Made by a program: the position numbers and the translations under genes. From Phoronis australis (taxonomy: Eukaryota > Animalia > Phoronida): a DNA stretch of 64,000 nucleotides. The notes below the pieces were generated by a model. That model was given only the letters and a program-made list of their open reading frames with translations. It did no database searches and was not told the DNA's origin. The stretch is from NCBI GenBank assembly GCA_002633005.1, contig NMRA01000252.1:1-64000 (forward strand). The letters are read 5' to 3'. The first letter of the stretch is position 1. Every line of letters begins with the position of its first letter. Shown here in pieces: positions 26,101-38,100 of this stretch.

Positions 26101-29100
26101 CTACACTCTCTAACAGTCATTTTTATTCAGGGCTGTTTCTTAGTGTCAGACTCTCAGAAGAAAATTCCTACTGACCAGCTATTCTGCATCACCTATTTGT
26201 GCGTGCATTTCAGCTTTGCATTTGTCTTGTTTTGTTTTCGCTGTATCCCATTAATAAACTGGGATATAAGACTTAGCAATACATGTTTTCCAGAGCTGTT
26301 TTTTTAGTTTTTGCTTAGTCCTGTCAACAAAATTCTATCCATTGCTATTTATTTACACTGTTTTTCATTTACATCGTATGCTTCAAGTAGTGCAGTGAAA
26401 CTGTGTGATCGAACTTGTGGGTGTTGTATGTGTTGAATTGTTCCATGCACCCTTCATTTTGTATCAATATAATGAGTAGATCATGGTAAATATAAAGGCC
26501 TTTTCCCATCAAGTTAAATCTCATAACGAAGTGTCAATGTTAACCGATACATTAGAACCTTTCCCTTAGCTTTGGTAGTGAACAGATATTGGAGATCGGA
26601 GTTATTGGTAGGTGGCTCTATTATCGTGGAAGTTATTGCAAGGTGTCATAATATGACATTAACCATTGTCAAAGCAGTGACCCCTGCCGATGACTTCGAT
26701 GGACAATGACACTGAGCATTTCCACTGTAGCGACACATCAACGCTTCACTATTAAATTCACCTGCTTACTGCAAAGTAAACTTGAGCTGTTAACTTTGAT
26801 CCAAAACCAAATTTTATTTTCACATACATTTAATTATAAATATTATGTAATGTATCCATCTATCAAAATCCTTGCCATAATTCAGAATTGTGTACTACAT
26901 AGGATGGAGCATGATGGGGAGAAGCACCAGGGTACATGGGCGGATAATGACGTGGAGAAAGCTATGAAGATTGTGCACAACTACGGAAAGTACATGCTAC
27001 TCACTAACCANCCCCTGCCGATGACTTCGATGGACAATGACACTGAGCATTTCCACTGTAGCGACACATCAGTGCTTCACTATTAAATTCACCTGCTTAC
27101 TGCAAAGTAAACTTGAGCTGTTAACTTTGATCCAAAACCAAATTTTATTTTCACATACATTTAATTATAAATATTATGTAATGTATCCATCTATCAAAAT
27201 CCTTGCCATAATTCAGAATTGTGTACTACATAGGATGGAGCATGATGGGGAGAAGCACCAGGGTACATGGGCGGATAATGACGTGGAGAAAGCTATGAAG
27301 ATTGTGCACAACTACGGAAAGTACATGCTACTCACTAACCAGTCCTGGCTGGACCATGGTCAGACACACTTCAAACTGCTGGATGCTTACAAGAAGGAGT
27401 TCAAGGTATGTGTCCAGGTGCAGCCCTGCCCAATCTCACCGAAACAGGTCCATGACTAAAACTCAGCTTGAGAACTTGCAATGTCTTGTGTTGATGAGTT
27501 ATTTAAGTCGCATGCGCAACAAATTATAAAAAAGTTGTGTTAACTGTAAAATGTGAAGCTGTGGTTCTTTCTCATTGCACACCCAATGTCGTTAAACAGC
27601 ATGAAACTGATAGCTTTTCGACACTTTCTTCTTTTTATACTTTATTGTGTTATTAAGATGACAATAATTGGAGGAGGCAGCAGTTTCTAAGCAGTAGTAA
27701 CGCAAGGTTGTCGCCATGGTTACAGTGCCTCCGTTCTGTGTGGATGTCTCTACGTGATCAGGTATCGTCCCATGATGAACTAGATATGGCCACACTGAGG
27801 CTGCGTGTTCGTCTGCCTGATGAACTCAAACTAGACCCACCCGTCGCCTATATAATTGAAGAGTGTGAGGTGAGGTGGTCAAGAGGTTGTAATCATGTTA
27901 CACTGTGGAGCCACTGTCAGTAGTAATGAGAAACTTGATGTCACTTCTCTCTCGTCCTTATTATTATTATACTACAACTGGTGACATTATGTTCTCGGTC
28001 ACACTTACTATTATAACATGACAGCTGTTCAAACATATTGTTTATGTTCACCATTTCTATTTGCATTAGGATGACAACGATTACACTGTTTTTAATATGT
28101 AAATCTTCACCTTTGTATAATGCTTGGTAAAAGTCAACTTTTCACAATATAATCATAAAGAAATTGAGAAATTGGTTCTAGGAATTTTAAAAAAATCTGA
28201 GAAACATGGTACAAAAAGCAAAGTTTTGAAAATCTAGAAGTAAACCAGCATTTTTATCAAATTGATATCATTGACATCATTTCTGTGGGTTTGTTCAAGA
28301 TTTTCCAATTGTTTATTGTCTCGTTATACTTGTTACCCTGTGTCCCGATGATGCAACTATGGCTAGATTCTGAGATGGTGCATGGTATCTGTAGAAATAT
28401 TCATTGTTTTTAGTTTAAACGTTTTGACCTTCTGTTGCCAAAATCCATCTCATTTCCGTGTGTTCAACGAAAACAAGTCTGTTGTTGAAAATATGCGGAA
28501 TCTATTTCCATTAGGCTGCACTTATTAACTTGGTCAGTTTTGCTGGGTCAACCAACAGAGATATATGATTGGTTCCTGGTGATGTCTTTAGATTTATAGA
28601 CCAATCAGGTGTTAGTATTAGCTGGTTGACCGTGCAGAAGCAGCAGTCTATTGAAATGTACTACAGAGCTGACATCTTTTGTCTGTTCATACATTTGAGT
28701 TAGGGTTTGTTTTATTTCTCTTTGTGTCAAGAATTCATTCCATTTTTAATAGTTGGAGCAAAACAAACTGAAACAACTGTCGGATAAAATAATTGGTGAA
28801 AACGACTTGAAGAAAAGGCTTGGGCAACTTGTCTACCTCAAGAATCTGTCTAAGGTATGCCAAATGAATGCACTTTACCAGTACATAAAATGGAGGAAAT
28901 ATCAAATTTTGAAAATGACATAAAATAAACTTCCATGTTTATTGTCGATGTGTTTAGCTTTATCTTAGATACTGTCAATTTAATAACTTGTCATTCGTTT
29001 CACCATATTATAACTGGAAATGTGTTTTCTTAAGATGGAAATGATAACTTATGCCTGGGTGTTGAATAACACTCACCTTTGTCCTGACTACAGTAATGTT

Positions 29101-32100
29101 GTCTCGTGTATTCTAGTGCCCTGACTACAGTAATGTTGTCTCATGTATTCTAGTGCCAAAGTGATATGCATGATGGGAACAACCCAGAGCCCTGTCCCAT
29201 TTGTCAACGGCCATTAGGAACAAAGGTAAATGTCTTATGCACTATACTGGTCTGTACCCTATTTCTTAAGACATATTTTATCGGTTTGTCTTCTTGTGCT
29301 ATTACTAGTGTGCACTTGTCGACTACTTTCACTCAGTCTCGGTGTTGTGTTTCAGTGGAGTGTCCTGCAGTGTGGTCACTGCTATTGTCTAGAATGTATC
29401 CGACTACTACTGGACACGTATAGTCATGGGGCTCACGGTCAGCGGATGGTCAAGTGTGCCATGTGTCGGGAGAAGACGCATCAAGGAATGATATCTTATG
29501 TTAGCACTCGACCTAGTGTGATACCTGAGCTGACGCTAGATGGGGTTAGTGTTCAGGTAGGCCACTAAATTACACTACTGACTTTGCAATGGATACATAC
29601 ACAGTTTTTCTATGCCCATCCGTAGACAGGCTGTATAATATTGCATGGCCTGTGACCCATCCTTGCACAGGCTGTATAATATGATATGGCCTGTCCCTCC
29701 AGCGTCAGCTTTTCATCACTCTAGTTCTTTGAATTCGATGGAATTTTGAATAAATTTAGTCTGTTATCTTTCAAATTATTAGCTATACCTCGAACCCTTT
29801 TGAAATTAGTGTTTTCTGATGAATTCAAACCTTTTATAATTAGTTTTTTGTTAGCGCTGAATTTTGATTGAATTTGGCTTGTAATGTGTATAGTAGTGAT
29901 GGGATGACGCTTTCAAATTTTTGTATTTTTTGACATTTTGTTGTCATATTGGGGAGTTTTGTTTAATCAGTAGTTTTCAAGACTGAGTGTACGGTAACTT
30001 TGCAAGTCCACAGTAACATTTCAAGTGTACAGTGCACCCACAAAATTATTTATATAATGTGGACGCATTATGCCGTGATCCCCATCTGTCCGACTGTCCA
30101 GCATCTGTCCGGCGTCCACTGCTCTGTGTCCAAAACTATTTGATGTATTTTTATTGTGCGTTCCTTTCTTGAATGGAACGGCACGAGCAATTTTTTCGGA
30201 CTGATCTGACTACTGGTGTGCCCCCTAGTGGCAGTTTTAATTTTTTATATTTACCTATGTATCTTCAAAGGTCCTCCATAGATTTTCATAAAATTTAGCA
30301 CATAGGCATCTATTAGTGAGGTGGCACTATGCTCCCGTTTTTGGACAGATTCGGGATATTTTGAGCCATCTAGTGGCCATTTTTATTTTTTTGAGTCTTG
30401 TTTTTGGCATCCGGCCATCTATCAACCAAACATCTCTAAAGATGATTGTAAAAATTGGCATTGTATTTTCTTACCACGAAGAGGATAGCTGATGATGATT
30501 TTCCGACAACTTTGACTACTGTGGTGCGTCCTAGTGGCAGTTTTGTTTTTTTGCGCCTTTGGCTGTATCTCCTAAACACTGCAGGATCTTTGCTAAATTT
30601 AATGTATTTATATGAAGTTGACAATGGACGACGACAACTATCAGATGGATCTAACTACCGGTGTGCCTCCTAGTGGCAATTTTAGTGTTTTTACATTTAC
30701 CTCAGTATCTTTGAAGGTTCTCAACGTATTTTCATAAAGTTTGGAATATAGGCATACATGGGTCAGATGACGCTATCTTTACACTTTCGGATGGATTCAA
30801 GGTGTTTTGCACCACCTATTGGCCGTTTTTCGCTGTTTTCGTGTCTGTTTTTTTGGTGTCTACCCCTCGAGCAACCAAACTATTTTAAGTATGATTGTGA
30901 AAATAATGGCATACATGTTCTTAGTGTGAAGAGGAATGTTGAGGATGACGACTTTGACTACTGTGGCACCTCCTAGTGGCAGTTTTTTTGCACCCATAGC
31001 TGTATCTCCTGAACTCACTGCAGGATCTTTATTAAATTTAGCAATAGTATACATATGAAGTTGACAATGGACAACGATGATTTTCAGAGGGATCCTACAA
31101 ACGATGTGCACCTTAGTGGCAATTCCATTTTTTCCTGTTTTCCTCTGTTTCACTGAATTTCCTTTTCGGATTTTTATGAAATTTAATAAACAATGTGTTA
31201 TAAAAAATGATGACATGTTACTATTTTGGGATGGATTTGACATTTTGTGCTCCATCTAGAGGCCCCTCTGTCAATCAAAGCACTTGAAGGATGATTGCAA
31301 AAATTGGCATATTATATGTTCTTAGTGTGAAGAGGACAGTCGACAATGATTTTCCAACAACCTCGACTGCTGTGACGCCTCCTAGTGGTATTTTTGCAAC
31401 CATAGATGTATCTTCAGAACCCATTACAGGACCTTTATTATGTGCCCACATATTTATATGTTGACGCATTATGCCGTCATCTCTGTCCGGGTGGCGTCCG
31501 GCGTCGGCTGCTCTATCTCCAAAAGCCTTTGACATACGTTCATGAAATTTGGCACATATGTTCCATTCATAAATGGGACATCATGAGCAAACTTTCGGAA
31601 GGATCCAACTACCGGTGTGTCCCCTAGTGGCAATTTTAGTTTTTTACACTTACCTTTGTATGTTGGCACCTATTAGTGAGATGACGCTATCCTTCTGTAG
31701 TTTGCGCCACCTAGTGGGCATTTTTACTGTTTTCGAGTCTGTTTTTTTTGCGTCAACCCCTCTATCAACCACACCACTCAAAGGATTATTCTGAAAATTG
31801 GCATGTATGTGCTTACTATAAAGAGGACGGTTGACGATGATTTCTGACGAGTTCGACTACTGTGACGCCTCCTAGTGGTAATTTTTTTTGCGCCTATGGC
31901 TGTATCTCCTAAACCGTTTGCAGGATCTTTACTTAATTTAGCAAGTATATTATATTATGTTGACTACGGATGACGATGACTTTCGGACAGACCTGACTAC
32001 TGGTGTGCCCCTAGCGGCAATTTTAGTTTTTTACGATTAACTGTGTACCTTCAAAGGTCCTCAACAGATTTTCATAAAATTTCAAATAGAGGCATCTATT

Positions 32101-35100
32101 GGTGTGATGACGCTATCTTCCTGTTTTTGGATGGAATCAAGTATTTTGCACCACCTAGTGGCCTTTTTTGCTGTTTTCAAATCTTGTTTTTTGGTGTTTA
32201 CCCTTGTATCAACCAAATCATTTGAAAATTGACATACCAGTATATGTTCTCAGTTTGAAGACGAGCTTTGATGATGGTGACTGACTACTGTGGTGCCTCC
32301 TAGTTGTAGTTTTGTTTTCCGCCCATAGTTGTATCTCCTAAACCCACTTCAGGATCTTTACTAAATTTAGTATGTGTATTTATATGAAGATAACAACATA
32401 CGACGACGACTTTCAGGCGGATCCAATGAACACTGTGTCCACTTGTGGCAATTTCATTTTATTCTGTTTTCCTTTGTTTCTCTGAAGTTCCTTCAGTTGG
32501 CACGTTTTTATGAAATATGGCATGTTCCTGTTTTTGGATGGACCGTTTTTGCGCCATCTAGTGGCCATTTTTATGATACAAATAAATAACCCTAAAAGCA
32601 CACCATTTGCAATGCATTCGTGGGCGCATTTCAAGGCTCCGAGTTGCTCTTGTTAAATTTACCAAGTGTATAATAAATGAAGGTGACAACAAAAAAATTT
32701 GGACTTCCAGTTTTGCAATCCTGTGTAAACTCCGGGCTGTCAGATTTATTGTGTTATATGCCTGATCTTATTTAAGTGAAATGTTTACTCATTTGTTTCC
32801 GCAAAATATATTTCATTTTGGATTGATTTCGTAAATTATTGTTAGTCTTGATTTTATAGGAAATAAATGAGGGTAATGAGCTTGAACACACTATTTAGAT
32901 TTTCAGTGTTTTTATCGCAAAACCTTTCGATTTCTGCATAGTAGAAGGTATGAATGTTGATTCCAAATGTACACACCTGACTACTAATTGTTATGTTTAA
33001 AGTGACAGGATTGTGAATTCATTAATAATTGTTTCTTTATTCTTCCTTTGCCACTACATATCATGTATTGAAATGTCTTCTTGTTTTAATGTTGTTTCTT
33101 CCATTTTTGTTGCTATGGCAATTTCAAACGGGACGAGCATGGGGACTCGCAAAATTTGAAAAGGAATTTAAAAAATTGAAAGGGACTCAAAATTTGTTAG
33201 GCCACCGCGTCCCGTGGTCGCAGTGACAAAGAATTCTATTGTCGACTCTGGTCGTGGTATGGTGTGGGAGAATTGTAAAATTTAATTGTAATTGCTGTCG
33301 AAAAAATGCCGTCTGCAACCACAGAAGGTGATTCACTGCATCATACTTAGTGTTGACTGGAAAATTTTTCCTTTGTAACTACTGCTAGCCACTTCCAAAG
33401 CATTTTAACTACTGCTAGCCTCTTCCAAAGCATTTTAACTACTGCTAGCCACTTCCAAAGCATTTTAAGTACTGCTAGCCACTTCCAAAGCATTTTAACT
33501 ACTGCTAGCCACTTCCAAACCCTTTTAACTACTGCCAGCCACTTCCAAAGCATTTTAACTACTGCCAGCCACTTCCAAAGCATTTTAACTACTGCTAGCC
33601 ATTTCCAAAGCATTTTAACTACTGCTAGCCTCTTGCAAAGTATTTTAACTACTGCTAGCCACTTCCAAAGTATTTTAACTACTGCCAGCCACTTGCAAAA
33701 TATTTTAACTACTGCTAGCCACTTCCAAAGTATTTAACTAGTGCTAGCCATTTCCAAAGCATTTTAACTACTGCTAGCCACTTCCAAAGTATTTTGGAAT
33801 CTTGATGAAGCAGAAAAAAGGATCCCTTCTGCTTTCTTCACAGCTTCATGATGCATAAGAACATGAATAATACACCAAGTGATAGCACTGTCTAGCAACA
33901 TATACACAGTGTAAGATCTGATGACATCATTAGTTAAGGTACTCACCTTCCTCACCGGTTAATGTGACATCTCTCGGCGTAGTGAAATCAAATGAATACG
34001 AGGTTATGTGGATACTGACTGATAAAACGGTGAAAAACGAAATATATCAGGTGGCATTAGCCTCAGCAGGCCACTGATTTTCATTTTAATCAGCTGTACA
34101 GTCCTTGATTGATCTTATTAGAGGTAAAATAATAATGGCAGAGTTAAATAAATTGGTGATAATTTCTGAACATGCTACTGCACAACTGTTTGTCAACACT
34201 CAAAATTCCTTTTGTGATTTCAATTGAGTGTCAGCAAATAACTCATGAGTATTCCCTTGTGTAGAGTCTGTGCAGCAAGTTTTTCTTCCACAACTGCTAA
34301 AATATGTGTTGTTGAAATTGAGCTTGGTTCTTGCTAACTGTTTGGTGAACATATTACAATCTTTGTTTTTTCTATAAAGAGGTCTGTATACTATGTATTT
34401 AATTTTTTCTTTTAACAAAATGGTTTAGTTGAAAACTGGAATAGGCTTTGGTAGTAGTGTGTGACAATCTTTTTATTCTCACATTTTTGGTTCATCTAAC
34501 TTAATCGTCTCTTAGAAATTCCACCATTTTATGCGCATGGTCTCAACACGCACATTGGGCATAGGTATTGCTATTTTTGATTTTGTATGCTGTTTTTGTT
34601 CTTTATTCTTTCTGCAGATAATTGTTTTTATCATAGAATTCAATTAATAACTCAATAACTTTGGTCTTGACTGGAGGCCATTGTGTGTGCTGCGGTTGTA
34701 TGCAGAAGGGTTGTCTCTCTAAATGATTCTTAAAGTGTGGCTAGCTCTCCAAGCAATGTTTGTTGCATTGAATTTGAATGCACTACTTGTAGAGGTCCAC
34801 AATCACATACATATGCCTGTTGGTTTACATTAGTTCTATTGACTAAATTATGCATGAATTGTTGTAGGGAAGTCATTCTACCAAAGTGTTGTTGTAGGGA
34901 AGTCATTCTACCAAAGTGTTGTTGTAGGGAAGTCATTCTACCAAAGTGGAAGCTGTGGTGAGGTGTCTAAAGAACATTCACTCCTCGCAGCCTGATGCCA
35001 AAGCACTCGTCTTCTCAACAGTAGGTTTTAATGTAGCTTGAAATGTTCGTTGCATTCTCCTTGACTGAGAATTTATCCAATATACAATGTGATTTTCTTT

Positions 35101-38100
35101 GACTGGGAATTCATCCAATATACAATGTGATTCTCCCTGTCTGCATTCAATAACCATGATCATTGTCAGTTTCTTGATTGAAGTTCACTTTTTTCGTTAC
35201 AGGCCACTTCTTTCCATTTTTCGTTATTCAGGCAAGAAGCACACAACTTGTTTGTTAATGTGTCTCAATACAAATCATGTTGCAGACACTTTCATATTTT
35301 GCTATTCACTCACTATTCCATGGGTGGCGCAGCACTGAAATAAGTGGGGCTATAGCCCCCCAGCCCCCTATGGTGCGCCTGATCTCTATATTATGTAACT
35401 TTCACAATAAATACTCTGGTTGGAGCTTTGATGATTGTGTTATGTAATGTATGTTCTTCATTGAAAAGGAGACAGGTGTTGAATTCTGAGTTTTTGTTAA
35501 GTTATCCTAAAATCTTAAAATTCTACTTAGAAGTTTTTCCTTAACTTAATAAGTTTCACGTGAAATTAATTTTAAGAATTTCCCCTTACTGAACTTAAGG
35601 AAAACTTAAGCTTCTCTTTAAGTTAGTGTCGTTTTGAAATATTAATGAGTGTACAATTCAACTTGTGCGCATTGTAGCTCCTGAAAATAGGTAAATTTAA
35701 CATAATATTTGTCTCAATAGGCACTGAAGGGAACTGATATTTGGGACTATCAGTCATAATGAGCCCTAGGGAGTAGCTCTGTAAATGGAAAATACAAAAT
35801 TACAAAATAGGTTGTTTTTGCCTAGTTGTAAATATGTTCCTAAACAACAAAATGGTCGCAGAACAAAGAACTGTCTTGTTTTTGAATACACGGGTCAATA
35901 CTACTCATGGGGGGGGGGGCTGTTACTGTACTAGACATGCGGCATACATACACCCATTTGCCTATATCTCAAATAGTTAATGGACGAATTTTTGTATTTC
36001 ACATATCAGGTCATGCGCTAAATCTTCACTAAGTGTTGAGGTGGAAGTGCCTGTCTCCCGAAGCTATTCCTTGTGGAACAAGGTTCCCTGAATTTCGATA
36101 GAATCACTAAGTTTCCCTGATAACTGTATTATTGCAAACCTTGCTTTTTTGTGTAATTTTGTCCATTTCCAGTACTTTTCATGAGGTAAGGGAAAACCTA
36201 AGGAATTTTCCACAACAGAAAACAAGGAAAATCTTAACTTAAGGAAAACTCAGATAACGGCCGCCTCTATGGAATGGCTTGACCATCACACTAAAGGTAG
36301 ACTTTCTCGAAGGCTCTGACGGCCTTAGTTGTGTCCATTCTTTACTTACTGTTGATGATCATTCATGTTACATTGTTCTAATGTTGGTTTTCTTGACTGA
36401 CAGTGGGTGGACATGCTGGATGTGATTGGTCGGGCTCTCCAAGACAACAACATTCCATTCAGATCACTACATTCACATAATACATTTCAGGTAAAAACAA
36501 TTGATGTTGTGAATAGACTGGAATACTTGTTGTGGAGATGTTTGTATTCATTAGAAATTGCCTGGTTTCTGAATTGTCACAAAAATAGCTGTCACTCTTT
36601 TTGTATCTACCAATGAATGAAGCTGCTTGTAGAATCGTTATCATCAGTTGGCAAATGTCTTTCTATTTAGGAAGGAAAGCATGATAGACATTCATTTTTG
36701 GACAGATCTGCTGTGCTGCCTGCAAATGCAATTTAATTTCTTCTTGGTACCCTAACATGTCCCAATATTTGTTGATGGAATCATAGACTATACCGCCAAC
36801 TCCGTATACTTTCAATGGACCAAATTTATGCTGTTTCGCACCTGCCCTTATGTCATTATTCACTGGCGACACCTGGCTAAATTATCTGGTGTCATTTCCG
36901 GCAAGTATATCATCTGCTAATCACGGTCGACTGCTGTGTGGCCGGTTGTTCGGCCACACTGGTGAAATGCAAAGGAATTAGCTTCCATACCATCCGAAGA
37001 CCCCATAATCGTATAAGTATCTTTTGCATTCACAGGTACTCCTTAGAATTTGTGCACAAATATGCTTTGGTAGTTTTCTCAGTAGGCCTGTGTGAACCAT
37101 GAATTACAAACTGTCCAATAACTATGCTGCTATGCTACTGTGCAAGCAGACGACATAATCAGTCGGCACCGAAGTTTGAATTTTGTAATTAATTTCCAGT
37201 AGCATTGCCAAAAGTACTCACGATACCAACAGTTCTACGATTGGAAGACTCTGAACAGCATAGACGCGAGAATTTCCTGGCAAAATACACTAACCGGAAA
37301 CGAAACCACATTATTTCGGAGAGTCGCGGCGCCTCTTGGCTACCATGGAAGAAAATGTTGGAGTTACGAATCTGTTGTCTATAATCTATGATGGAATGAA
37401 AAGTGGCATATGTGAAATCATGACTTGAGTGTGCCAACTGTTTTCAATTTTCAGTTTTGTTACCAAATGTTAAATTAGACATTCAATTAATACATGGCAG
37501 TGATAAACACCCTGGCAAGAATACTGTTTGTGCTGCTTTGATCTTGTTCAAGCTCTTTTGTGTTCTCATAGTCCTCTTGAACTTGAGAAATGTCTGGCCT
37601 ACAGTATTAGAATTAATGAAACTTAAGTTTGCGTTGAAGATATAATTTTGTCTTACAAGCCTGCCTTACTCTTTTTAGGCCAACTTGTCAAGTTTTCGTC
37701 AAAATGATGATGTTATGGTGCTCCTCCTACCCATCCACTCTGGAGCCAATGGTCTGAACTTGACAGAGGCTACTCATGTGCTATTGGTGGAACCCATCCT
37801 CAACCCAGGTCAAGAGCTTCAGGCCATTGGAAGGGTGCATAGGATTGGTCAGGCCAGGTAAGTTTGATTAATGACATGGACAAGCACTAAATACTTTAAG
37901 CATTTAAAGATAAGGAATACTTATTATTTCATTCTGTGATTTGGTTCAAAAGATTGTAATATGCTGAAGCTGTTGTAAACACACTATCTGTTACACAAAC
38001 TAACTTTTGATTTAGACCACATACTTATCAACTTGTTGCATATTCAGATAAAAAGTGATTTCTGTGCTTGAGGAGTACTGACTAATGTATAGTATCAGTT

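Noticed and set aside
26680-27341. Partial duplicate of SHPRH exon 19
   Set aside because: Same single-n junction pattern (27011); likely scaffolding artefact.
12225-33795. Regular 30-61 bp repeat arrays as possible CRISPR arrays
   Set aside because: Units are head-to-tail with no unique spacers, there are no cas genes, and the context is eukaryotic introns.
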